Below, piece by piece: positions 26,560 to 38,654 of a stretch of DNA of 64,000 nucleotides (its first letter is position 1; each line of letters opens with the position of its first letter). Source of the DNA: Eledone cirrhosa (taxonomy: Eukaryota); the NCBI GenBank assembly GCA_964016885.1, contig CAXHJY010001283.1, forward strand, positions 11,970-75,969, read 5' to 3'. The notes beneath the pieces were generated by a model. The model was not told where the DNA came from and made no database searches. It saw only the letters and a program-made list of their open reading frames with translations. The position numbers and the translations under genes are program-made.

Positions 26560-27075
26560 GCTTAACTGGTGTCCTACGAGGTTTTGGGTGTTTTAATGAT
26601 AGGGACCCCAGTCCTATCATGTTACATCTCATACCTATGTAGGTTTAGCTGTTCTCTTACAAGGTTGTATCTCATAGGAGGTTTCTTGGGTGTTTTAATG
26701 ATAGGGACCCCAGTCCTATCATGAAAAGACAGGACACCAGTCTTTTGCGAGAGTCAACCTCCAGTTGTTGCTGGTACTCATTTCTTTTCAGCTGTGTGGA
26801 CTTGAGCAATGTGAAATGAATTTCTTAACCCCTTAGCATTTAAACCGGCCAGAATTCTCTCACCTATTTCTGTTCAAACCATTCATCGCCAGCTGCTCAT
26901 AATAACTGCTCATGATAAATAATATCAAAATCTTACAGATTCAATTTCATGTAAAATAATTATGTGAAATAAAGTGTTTACCATGAAAACACAATAGTAC
27001 ATATAGAGTAAGGTAAATGCTAAAGGGCAACCTTATGATTGTGAGTTCAACACCTTAGCCATTAGGCCACGGACT
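26560..27075 (-). mobile_element. Degraded SINE (family 1 variant tail) interrupted by a piggyBac-type MITE at about 26825-27030
   Basis: gagcaatgtgaaat core and head remnant; MITE ends ttaa-ccccttagcattta / taaatgctaaaggg. Confidence 0.6.
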
Positions 27076-27170
27076 TTCATTTTTGCAACAGTCCTGATAG
27101 AAACATAAATATTCAGATATATGCATAACTCAAGCTAGCATAGAAAGTGGATGTTTAACGATGATGATGA

Positions 27171-27220
<50 letters not shown>

Positions 27221-27432
27221 ATATATATAACCCGAAAAGAAGAAAAGATCAACATCATCGGTAACTACTGAGCTGCAGGTTTTATATCGGAGTTATCCCA
27301 GTTTCCTGAGTTGCCTTCTCCTAGAAGAATGCCCTGACAAAGGCTAGGAGTCCTTCACTCCCAGTGGTTTAACCGCGCGATTGGGTTTCCGGGCCAATTA
27401 TTTCTATGTCTGCACGCATATATACACACATG

Positions 27433-29810
27433 ATTGACTTCTTGCTAATTAGGCAAATACTAAGGCATACCCTGGGGAAGAATGTACCGCCCAACACAGG
27501 TTAGTTGTTAGTGACATCTCAGTAAGCAAGAGATGGAATGAGACATACAGGAAGGTGTGGAAAAAAAAAGTCTGGAAGCTAAAAGACCTTTCACTTAAAT
27601 ATAAATTTAGGAAAGCCCTTCAAGATGTGTATGACGAAAAAGAAGACGATTTAGAATTGTATGACATAGATGATAACTGGAATTTCTTACGTGACAACTT
27701 ACTGCAGGCTACTGATGAAACTTGTGGCTGGAGCAGAGCTCCAATCAGACAGAGAGTGAACTGGTGGTGGAACAGCACAGTAGATAAGGCCATTAGAGAC
27801 AAAAGACTAGCATGGAAGGCTTGGAAAAAGGGTGGGAGTAGGGAAGGATATACAGCCGCTAAGAGAGAAGCTAGACGTCAGGTGTACTTAGCACACAGGG
27901 AGGCGGAGAGTAGGGGGTTTGCCAATGTTCTGCGACGGGAAAATCAGAGGCGTGCGGTGTTCCACATTGCAAGGCAGTGTGTCAATGCAAATCAGGATAT
28001 TGTGGGAGATAAATGTGTCCAGGATGATGCCGGTGTACTTAGTGTCACGAATGATCAGAAAAAGGAGGCCTGGAAATGTCATTATGAGAGACTGGTGAAT
28101 GTGGAGAACGAATGGGAGAGAGAGAAATTACCCTTAATAGATCCGACAGAGGGACCAGCTATTGAGATTGACGAATATAGGGTCCAAGAGGTGATTAGGG
28201 AAATGAAAAATGGTAAGGTTGCTGGACCATCGGGGATAGTTGCTGAGATGCTGAAGGCATCAGGGGACGTAGGCACTAAACTGGTTGCACGCATCATCAA
28301 TCAGGCTATATATGGTGGTGTCATACCCAAAGACTGGTGCAGCAGTATTCTCATAAATTGCTACAAAGGTAAAGGGAATGCTCTGGAGAGGAGCAATTAT
28401 AGGGGTATAAAACTGATAGATCAGGTTATGAAAGTGGCAGAAAGGATATTAGCACAACTAATTAGAGAAAGGGTCAAACTAGATGAGATGCAGTTTGGTT
28501 TTGTGCCTGGGAAGAGTACAACAGATGCCCTCTTCTTGGTGAGACAATTACAAGAGAGGTTCTTAGGGAAAAATAAGCCACTATACTTAGCCTTTGTTGA
28601 CCTAGAGAAGGCCTTTGACAGGGTACTCCGATCTGTCATCTGGTGGTCCCTAAGGAAACTAAGTGTTGAAGAATGGCTTGTGAGGACAGTGCAAACTTTG
28701 TACAGAGGTACTGTCAGTAAAGTCAGGGTAAGAATGGAGTTTAGTGAGGAATTCCAGATTCAAGTAGGAGTACATCAAGGTTCGGTCCTCAGCCCACTCT
28801 TATTCATTATAGTCCTCCAAGCCATAACAGAGGAGTTTAAGACTGGCTGTCCATGGGAACTTCTCTATGCTGACGATCTGGTTCTTATAGCAGAATCAGT
28901 AGAGGAGCTAGAGAATAAATTCTAGCTATGGAAACAGCAGTTGGAAGCAAGAGGACTGAGAGTGAACGAAGCTAAGACAAAAATGTTGATGAGTAGAAAA
29001 GAGGAAATGGCTATGTTCGATATGCAGAAAAGGAACTGGCATAAATTCTATAAAATGCACACAATGCAGATACTGGGTACACAAGAGATGTAGTGGGCTA
29101 GCAGGCAAACTAACAGGTAGGGAGAAATACGTATGCAGTAGATGTACAGGCAAATTAAACAGAAGTCTCATTGATAGACAAATTTTTCAAATGCAGGCAG
29201 GTGCTATAGAAGTGGTGGATAGCTTCCGGTACCTAGGAGATCAGATTAGCATGGGAGGAGGGTGTTCCGAGGCCATAGTATCTAGAATAAGGATGGGTTG
29301 GAAGAAGTTTAGGGAGCTGCTTCCTCTGTTGACGAAGAAGGGTTTCTCCCCGCGTACGAAAGGCCGGTTATAAGATGCCTGTGTGAGGAGCGCGATGCTG
29401 CATGGTAGTGAGACATGGGCAGCAACTGCAGAGGATATGCGACGGCTGGAGAGAAATGAGGCAAGCATGCTCCGTTGGATGTGCAGTGTAAATGTGTGTG
29501 AACGACCCAGCATGAATGTGTTGAGAGAGAAACTGTGTCTGAGAGGGATAGAATGTAGTGTATGGGAGAGGAGACTGAGGTGGTATGGACATGTGATGCG
29601 CATGGAGGATGACCGATCGGTGAAGAAGTGCCAGGAAATGCCAGTTGAAGGAAGACATGGTAAGAGGTAGACCACGAAAAACATCATATCGTTGAAGCAC
29701 ACGGTGGAGATGACGAAGGACCGTGAAAAGTGGAGAGATACTGTGCTGAATAAGACCCGTCCCACCCTTGCAAGCAGGGAAAAGCAGACGTTAAATGATG
29801 ATGATGATAA
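27433..29810 (+). mobile_element. RTE lineage B, long copy (endonuclease end, RT, PHD, C-terminus, GAT tail)
   Basis: ORF 27555..28925 with QFGF, DLEKAFD, GVHQGS and YADD, then disrupted PHD and C-terminus. Confidence 0.95.
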
Positions 29811-30114
29811 TATAAAACTCAAAACTAAAACTGAATACTAACTAATACTTATTACTAATTTATACTTATTCCTAATTAAACTATTTTTCACTGGGAAAAA
29901 TTTGTCAGCATTTTCTTTTCCTTTTTTACTAATATATATATATATATGTGTATTTTAATTATGTCTCATATAAAATAATACAACTGGCTATCTGCAAAAT
30001 ACATATAGTTAGCACCCTAAACATAAAATTGGGATTATACTAAGGTATATCCTAATGTTTGTTGAGTGAGATGGAAGCCAGTCAGAGTATAGCTTAAAGC
30101 TTTCTCTGTTAATG

Positions 30115-30147
<33 letters not shown>

Positions 30148-30454
30148 GTTGTAGTTTGCTTGAAGCATTGTTGAATAGGAAACACAAATTTAAATAATTT
30201 TGAAAACCATACAATGCACTAGAAAATTAAAATTGCTAAGATAACAATACAATCTTACCTTAGCAAATTTAATAATCCCAAATATTTTCAGGTTTAAAAA
30301 CCCATTATAAAAGGAGTATCCCTGCAAGAGACTTCAAGGCTCAATCGGAGATGACTTGTTAGGAAGACAGATTTAAGTTAAACGAAATGAAAAGAGGTTA
30401 AAATTTTGAGCGTGCATCAAGGAGAATATTTCAACAATGTTGACAATAACATCA

Positions 30455-30652
30455 AGTCCACACTGTAGAGTGGTCTTGTAGGTGCCACAGTAAAAAAGCA
30501 CCCAGTACTCACTGTAAATGAGGTTGGTGTTAAAAGGACATCCAGCTGTAGAAATCAAACCAAAATCAATTTTGTATGACCTGGCACTGCCCACAACAGG
30601 ACAACCCGTGCTAGAGTGGAAAAATGGACGTAAAACGGTGATGATGATGATG

Positions 30653-30655
<3 letters not shown>
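30455..30655 (+). mobile_element. RTE/SINE 3' tail fragment
   Basis: actgtaaatgaggttggtgtt...catccagctgtagaaa...gatgatgat running into a TA tract. Confidence 0.8.
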
Positions 30656-30688
<33 letters not shown>

Positions 30689-30734
30689 CACACACACATA
30701 TATATATATGTATATGTGTCCATATACTACTCAC

Positions 30735-30826
30735 TGGCTTCATCTTGGTCACCAACTTCTACTGTAAAACTTCCCACCAACTGGGCGCCCCATTGTTTCT
30801 CATGTACCAATTTTTGGAACTCATTG
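30735..30826 (-). CDS. NIPSNAP: NIPSNAP coding exon (92 nt; NEFQKLVHEKQWGAQLVGSFTVEVGDQDEA-I)
   Basis: tttgcag acceptor, gtgagt donor; LVG...GDQDxA NIPSNAP motif; phases match. Confidence 0.92.
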
Positions 30827-31402
30827 CTGCAAAATACCATTTAGAAAGAGATGAAGCAAGACAGCTGAAAATGGAAGGAAAAAAATGTTTTATTAATATG
30901 GCTGGTTAAAAATTAATTATTTTTTGTTTCTTCATCAACACCTATCTTTCTTCTAGAATTCCTTACAAACGTGCATATATAGACATACATACATGAAGAG
31001 AATATATTGGTGCATTCTACAATGCCAAAGACAGGCTCAAGAGGATTCTTCTGTCATATCAAAGAGATGACAACTTTCTTACAGCTGGTTTTGTGATAAA
31101 ATACACCCAGTACACTCTGTAAAGTTGTTGGTGTTAGGAAGGGCATCCAGCTGTAGAAACAGTGCCAAATAAAGGGTTGAAAGGAATCTTCTGCTGGGTC
31201 AAGGACATGACGATTTCCCTAGTTCGTTACGTAAAATGGTTGGTGTTAGGAAAGACATCTAGCTGTAGAATCCATGTGAAAAATTGTAACATACAAATAA
31301 AATATGGTCTTCTAATCTATTTAGACAGGCAGTAACTTTGAATAAGAACAGACTTCCAACACAGAAAGTCGATGTAAAATGATAATGATGATGATATAAT
31401 AT

Positions 31403-32475
31403 GTTAACGCTTTTAGCATTTAAACTGTTCGTATCCAGCCAGAATTCCCTCACATCTTTCTGTTCAAACTGGCCACTCATACTTGTGTTAAGGTATTGTT
31501 CTCAAAATAAATATCAAAATCTTGTAGATTCGATATTATGTGAGATAATCTTCTTCACCCACTTATTCCCGAAGAGGTCATGGAGTCAGAGTCCTGAAAC
31601 ACTCCAGTTGATCATGTGAGAAGCAACGATCTCCAACTGGATCCCCAAGTGAGACCAGCCAAGCTCATGGATGTTATTCAACCATCTTGCTCAGGGTCTA
31701 CCCCTGGGTCTCCTGCCAGTTGTTTTCGTCCTTAAAATCTGTCTGGTGATTCTTTCCTGAGACATTCTAAACACATATAGTATCAGAGCTGTGACATCTC
31801 CATTCAGAGATTCTTTCCTGAGACATTCTAACCACATGTCATAGTATCAGAGCTGTGATCTCTCAATTCAGAGATTCTTTCCTGAGATATTCTAACCACA
31901 TGTCATAGTATCAGAGCTGTGATCTCTCAATTCAGAGATTCTTTCCTGAGACATTCTAACCACATGTCATAGTATCAGAGCTGTGATCTCTCAATTCAGA
32001 GATTCTTTCCTGAGACATTCTAACCACATGTCATAGTATCAGAGCTGTGATCTCTCAATTCAGAGATTCTTTCCTGAGACATTCTAACCACATGTCTGTA
32101 GTATCAGAGCTGTGATCTCTCAATTCAGAGATTCTTTCCTGAGACATTCTAACCACATGTCCATAGTATCAGAGCTGTGATCTCTCAATTCAGAGATTCT
32201 TTCCTGAGACATTCTAAACACATATAGTATCAGAGCTGTGACATCTCCATTCAGAGATTCTTTCCTGAGACATTCTAACCACATGTCATAGTATCAGAGC
32301 TGTGACATCTCCATTCAGAGATTCTTTCCTGAGACATTCTAACTACATGTCATAGTATCAGATCTGTGATCTCTCAATTTAGAGATTCTTTCCTGAGACA
32401 TTTTAACCACATATCATAGTATCATAGCTGTGATACAATAGTAGATATAGATTAATGTAAACGCTAAAGAGTTAA
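31403..32475. mobile_element. piggyBac-type MITE (TTAA ends) hosting an RTE fragment and a 64-bp tandem array
   Basis: ttaa-cgcttttagcattta ... taaacgctaaagag-ttaa; left end similar to the 26825 MITE. Confidence 0.6.
31748..32435. repeat. 64-bp tandem repeat (about 11 copies) derived from RTE coding sequence
   Basis: Unit attcagagattctttcctgagacattctaaccacatgtcatagtatcagagctgtgatctctca; contiguous with an RTE 3' end on the minus strand at 31550-31790. Confidence 0.9.
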
Positions 32476-32689
32476 AACTTGCTATTATAATTCTAGCCAA
32501 AGAAATAGCCATCCCAAAGTAACAGATTAAATAAAGTTTCATTTTATTTTTATTATACACACTTTTCCAAAATATTTTGCATCAGTTCATTTTAGCAAAC
32601 TTTTTTCACAAGCAAAAAAGTTGGGGAAAAAAAAAAAAAAAAAAAAAAAAAAATGTATATCCAAATATTTAACTGTATGGAAAATGGTA

Positions 32690-33312
32690 GTTGTTACATC
32701 TCACACCTATGTAGGTTTAGCTGGTCTCCTACAAGTTTGTATCTCACAGGAGGTTTCTTGGGTGTTTTAATGATAGGGATCCCAGTCCTATCATGTTGTT
32801 ACATCTCACACCTATGTAGGTTTAGCTGGTCTCTTACAAGGTTGTATCTCACAGGAGGTTTCTTGGGTGTTTTAATGATAGGGACCCCAGTCATATGATG
32901 TTACATCTCACACCTATGTAGGTTTAGCTGGTCTCTTACAAGGTTGTATCTCACAGGAGGTTTCTTGGGTGTTTTAATGATAGGGACCCCAGTCATATCA
33001 TGTTACATCTCACACCTATGTAGGTTTAGCTGGTCTCTTACAAGGTTGTATCTCACAGGAGGTTTCTTGGGTGTTTTAATGATAGGGACCCCAGTCCTAG
33101 CATGTTGTTACATCTCACACCTATGTAGGTTTAGCTGGTCTCCTACAAGTTTGTATCTCACAGGAGGTTTCTTGGGTGTTTTAATGATAGGGACCCCAGT
33201 CATATGATGTTACATCTCACACCTATGTAGGTTTAGCTGGTCACCTACAAGGTTGTCTCTCACAGGAGGTTTCTAGGGTGTTTTAACGATAGAGACCCCA
33301 GTCCCATGATGA
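32690..33312. repeat. About 102-105-bp tandem repeat (6 copies) derived from a SINE 3' region
   Basis: Unit gttacatctcacacctatgtaggtttagctgg...atgatagggaccccagtcctatcat; dispersed copies at 16720-16810 and 26560-26722. Confidence 0.88.
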
Positions 33313-33483
33313 AAAGTCTCCCTCTTTGGTGGGAATGAAGATGGTGGTTGTGATGGTGATGGTGTTAATGGTGTTGCTATTCATGTTGGTGATGGTGGTA
33401 ATGATGGATTTGGTAGTGGTGGTGATGGTGGTAATGGTGATAGTGATTGGGTAGGGGATGACCTAGAAAAGACCACTACTTAC

Positions 33484-33529
33484 TATTGGGCGAGATATTC
33501 TTCCATACATTCTGGCTTGACACAGTGAA
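33484..33529 (-). CDS. NIPSNAP: NIPSNAP coding exon (46 nt; V-HCVKPECMEEYLAQ-Y)
   Basis: tttccag acceptor, gtaagt donor; matches NIPSNAP HxVKPEC motif; phase-compatible with both neighbours. Confidence 0.9.
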
Positions 33530-33749
33530 CTGGAAATATAGTAAACAGAAGGATGTGAGAGAAATATACATACATATATATACACACATACATATATATA
33601 TATCATCATCATTTAATGTCGATCTTCCAGGCTCGCTTGGGTCAGACAGGAATTGTCCCACTTGAGGCCACATTGGTCGAGTGACTGTCTCGCTTGTAAT
33701 TGACAGTATCTGACAGGTTTATATATATGTATATATATATACATATATA

Positions 33750-34372
33750 TATCATCATCATCATCATTTTATGTCCTGCTTGCAAGGGTGAGATGGGTCC
33801 TATTCAGCACAGCGTCTCTCCACTTGTCAGGGTCCTTTGTCATCTCCTCGGTGAGTTTCAGCGATCTGAGGTCTGGTCTCACCACCTCAGCCCATGTTAT
33901 TCGTGATCTCCCTCTACAGGGATTTCTTGGCACTTCTTTACCCAGCGGTCATCCTCCATACTATCTCAGTCTTCTCTCCTGCACACCACAACTTATCCCT
34001 CTTATACCCAGTTTCTCTCTCAACACATCCATGCTTGGTCGTTCACGCACATTGACATTGCATATCCAACGGAGCATGCTTGCTTCATTTCTCTCCAGCC
34101 GTCACATATCCTCTGCAGTTGCTGCCCATGTCTCACTACCATGCAGCATCGCGCATCTCACACAGGTACATATAACCGGCCTTTCGTTCATAGGAAAAAA
34201 CCCTTCAGAGGAAGCAGCTCCCTAAACTTCTTGCAACCTGTCCTTATTCTAGATACTATAGCCTTGGAGCACGCTCCCCACTTGCTAATCACCTAGGTAT
34301 CAGAAGCTATCAACCACCTCTATAGATCCTACCTGCATTTGAAAAACGTGTCTATCACTGCCACTTCTACTA
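33750..34372 (-). mobile_element. RTE lineage B 3' fragment (a lineage A tail piece lies at 33602-33720)
   Basis: Homologous to 1850-2400 and 5740-6400. Confidence 0.85.
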
Positions 34373-34482
34373 TCGATTTTTTTTTCGTTCAGATCTAGCT
34401 GTTGAAACGGGTGGAGCTCAGCCATCGGGATCCCAAATTTTTCATATGCATATACACTCACATGTATATATATTTGAGATAG

Positions 34483-34920
34483 GTGTGGAAGTCGGACCTT
34501 CGTAAAGACCTGAAGATCTGTCTCTTCATTGCTGTAGTGGAGTCTGTGCTGCTGTACAGGTCTGAGACTTGGACACTGACCAAAAAACTCACAATGCTGA
34601 GGATGGCTCTGAATGTTAATCAGTATACACTGAGGATGAAAAACTCAGAGCTGTACGGGAGCCTCCCAAAAGTCAGCTCGAAAGTAGCACAGAGGAGACT
34701 GAGGTTAGCTGGACATGCTCACCGACATCACTACACTCAGTGCTCCTGTGGGAGCCCCTGCACGGACACACTAGAAGAGGGAGACCGAGGTTGACATATG
34801 TTGATGCCCTAAGGACAAGCACTGGTCTCTTTGAGACGCAGGACATGGCAGCGATGATGAAGGACAGAGACCGCTGAAGAGAAATCGTCCATGGATCTCG
34901 GGAATTTTACCCGCCCCAGA
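34483..34920 (+). mobile_element. RTE lineage C 3' fragment
   Basis: ORF 34483..34794 ESVLLYRSETW...RRLRLAGH; same 3' end as near 4127. Confidence 0.88.
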
Positions 34921-35237
34921 TATATATATATATATATACACACAAACATATCGATACGTTTATGACTTTATATAATCAAAATTTCTCCTTAGTGACACGA
35001 CTTCTCTCTCTCTCTATATATATATATAAACATTTGCCCATATTAATAAAAACATTTTTAGACTTTCAGAAGCTGATATGTAAAACTGTTGAAGCAAAAT
35101 ATTGGAATTCGAATTCTCTGAAAACCTACATCGAATTAACAGTTCTAGATGTGCTCACTCATATATCAGTTACATAACTATTAATCCTTTAATTGTGAAA
35201 TTGGTGTATTCATTTAATTTATTAATTTCACTCTCTC

Positions 35238-35435
35238 CAACATGAATGGACCTGTTACTTTTATCTAAAGACATTTTTTCCAATTTCACCCCACCCGTCC
35301 CTTCAATCTATCTTATTTCTCATTCTTTCTTCTGATGAAGGACTAGCATCGGAAACGTTCAGACCCTCTTCCTGCTATTTCAAGCGTTAACCTAATATAT
35401 TCTTTCCATATACTGATTGTGTTGTTTCTGTTTAC

Positions 35436-35440
<5 letters not shown>
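35238..35440 (+). mobile_element. Penelope pLTR fragment with hammerhead core at about 35328-35363
   Basis: tctt-CTGATGA-aggac..-GAAA-cgtt; paralogous to 48890-49095. Confidence 0.65.
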
Positions 35441-35476
<36 letters not shown>

Positions 35477-36825
35477 GAAATGACTTCTACAGGACTAGAA
35501 CTGTTTCATTCGGAAGAAATCATCAGGAAAGTAGAGGGCTTTCCTGATGATTTCTTCCGAATGAAATGTTTTGACGTTTATAAGCATTGTTATGGACCAC
35601 GTCCATTATTCGCATTTTTCACCCTTCGGAGGTGTTCTGATAGCGCAATCCCCACGAATACCGGGGAACAACTGTATTTCAAATATCTTCAAATGTTTCC
35701 TTTCTCTCATATTATAAACTTGCATAAAAAACCCTCAAAAACTTGAAATTTATTTTTTAGTTATGTCTATTAATATATGTGTGTGTCTATTAATGTATGT
35801 GTCTATTAATGTATGTGCGTGTCTATTAATGTATGTATGTGTCTATTAATGTATGTGACTATTAATGTATGTAAGTGTCTATTAATGTATGTATGTGTCT
35901 ATTAATGTATGTGTCTATTAATGTATGTAAGTGTCTATTAATGTATGTATGTCTATTAATGTATGTACGTGTCTATTAATGTATGTAAGTGTCTATTAAT
36001 GTATGTATGTGTCTATTAATGTATGTATGTGTCTATTAATGTATGTATGTGTCTATTAATGTATGTGACTATTAATGTATGTAAGTGTCTATTAATGTAT
36101 GTATGTGTCTATTAATGTATGTGTCTATTAATGTATGTAAGTGTCTATTAATGTATGTATGTCTATTAATGTATGTACGTGTCTATTAATGTATGTAAGT
36201 GTCTATTAATGTATGTATGTGTCTATTAATGTATGTACGTGTCTATTAATGTATGTACGTGTCTATTACTGTATGTAAGTGTCTATTAATGTATGTATGT
36301 GTCTATTCATGTATGTAAGTGTCTATTAATGTACGTGTGTGTCTATTAATGTATGTATGTGTCTATTAATGTATGTGTCTATTAATGTATGTATGTGTCT
36401 ATTAATGTATGTATGTGTCTATTAATGTATGTATGTGTCTATTAATGTACGTGTGTGTCTATTAATGTATGTATGTGTCTATTAATGTATATATGTGTCT
36501 AATAATGTATGTAAGTGTCTATTAATGTATGTATGTGTCTATTAATGTATGTATGTGTCTATTAATGTATGTATGTGTCTATTACTGTATGTGTCTATTA
36601 CTGTATGTATGTGTCTATTAATGTATGTATGTGTCTAGTAATGTATGTGTGTGTCTATTAATGTATGTGTGTGTCTATTAATGTATGTATGTGTCTATTA
36701 ATGTATGTATGTGTCTATTAATGTATGTATATGTCTATTAATATATGTATATGTCTATTAATGTATGTGTCTATTAACATATGTATGTCTATTAATGTAT
36801 GTATGAGTCTATTAATGTATGTATA

Positions 36826-37172
36826 GAGGCACATGGCTTAGTGGTTAGAGCATTGGCCTTGCAATCGAAAGGTTGTGAGTTCAATTCTCAGACCGGGTGA
36901 TGTGTTGTTTCCTTGAGCAAGACACTTTATTTCACATTGCTCCAGTTTACTCAGAAGTAGAAATGAGATGATAGGCACTGGGGTCCATATCATTCCACTG
37001 CAAAGTGGTCGTGGAGGTGCCACGGCAAAAAAGCACCCAGCACTCACTGTAAATGAGGTTGGTGTTAGGAAGGGCATCCAGCTGTAGAAATGAAGCCAGA
37101 ATCAGTTCCTGTCCCACCCTTGCAAGCAGGGAAAAGTGGATGTAAAATGAAATGATGATGATGATGATGATG
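36826..37172 (+). mobile_element. Full-length tRNA-derived SINE, family 1 (CORE-like centre, RTE-type tail)
   Basis: A-box tggcttagtgg, B-box gttcaattc, ccttgagcaagacactt CORE-like segment, RTE 3' modules, GAT tail. Confidence 0.88.
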
Positions 37173-37440
37173 TCTATTAATGTACGTATGTGTCTATTAA
37201 TGTATGTATGTATATGTCTATTAATGTATGTATGTGTCTTAATGTATGTATGTGTCTATTAATGTATGTATATGTCTATTAATGTGTGTATGTCTATTAA
37301 TGTATGTATGTCTATTAATGTATGTATGTATATTAATGTATGTAAGTGTCAATTAATGTATGTATGTGTCTTAATGTATGTATGTGTCTATTAATGTATG
37401 TGTGACTATTAATGTACGTGTGTGTCTATTAATGTACGTA

Positions 37441-38654
37441 TTCCAAACCTGGAAGCAGGGACTAGAGAGAAAGGGCCTCAAAGTCAACATGACAAAGACT
37501 AAGGTCCTTATAAGTAGACGAGAAAACAGAACCCAGATCCCCTCAGGGAAATGGCCTTGCTCAGTATGTAGGAAAGGTGTAGGTAGGAACTCCATTCTTT
37601 GCCCCAAATGCAAACAATGGGTACACAAGAGATGTAGCGGGATCTCAGGAAGCTTAATTAAGAATGTAGGATTCACATGCAGCAGCTGTGCTGAAACAGC
37701 AAGCAAACAGCCACAGGAAACAAGTACCACCAATCTCTGGGAGGGCCCTGTAGAAACAGTAGACAGCTTCTGCTACCTAGGTGACCGAATTAGCAACGGA
37801 GGTGGGTGCTCAGAAAGTACAATAACTAGGGTAAGAACGGGATGGAAGAAGTTTAGGGAACTACTACCACTGCTAGCTGCAAAAGGCTTCTCCCTCAGAA
37901 TGAAAGGCAGACTGTATGATGCGTGTATCCGAACAGCGATGTTGCATGGTAGTGAGACCTGGGCGCTGAAGGTGGAAGACTTACGTAGATTAGAGAGAAA
38001 CGAAGCCTGCATGCTCCGATGGATGTGTAACAGTAATATACGTGAACGACAAAGCATAAATGAATTGAGAGAGAGACTGAGCATAAGAGGAATCAAATGC
38101 TGCGTGCAGGAGAGGCGGTTACGCTGGTATGGACATGTGATGCGTATGAAGGATGACAGCTGCATAAAAAGGTGCAGAGCACTAGAAGTTGATGGAAACC
38201 GCGGAGTGGGGAGACCCAAGATGACTTGGGATGAGGTGATAAAAGCCGACCTTACCCAACTACACCTCTCAAAGTCAATGACACACGACCGTGACTTCTG
38301 GCGTCACGCAGTAATACAGGGTACCCGACCTCCCATGGGTACATGCTGAAGCATATAAACAATATGCCCCCCCCCCCCCCACCGCAAGGTGGTCGTGGAG
38401 GTGCCACGGCAAAAAAGCACCCAGCCCACACTGTAAAGTGGACGTGTAGGCGCCACGAAAAAGCACCCAGCACTCACTGTAAATGAGGTTGGTGTTAGGA
38501 AGGGCATCCAGCTGTAGAAATCAAGCCAGATCAGTTCCTGTATGAGCAAGGCATGGTCAGCCGACCAGACACTGCCCACAACAGGACAACCCGTCTAACC
38601 CATGCTAGCGTGGAAGAACGGACGTAAAACGGTGATGATGATGATGATGATGAT
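37441..38654 (+). mobile_element. RTE lineage A2, young 5'-truncated copy with an open PHD plus C-terminal frame
   Basis: ORF 37378..38349; 3'UTR with short subrepeats; GAT tail. Confidence 0.95.

Noticed and set aside
36826-36900. tRNA gene
   Set aside because: A/B boxes are present but there is no full cloverleaf, and the sequence continues into a SINE body found in several copies
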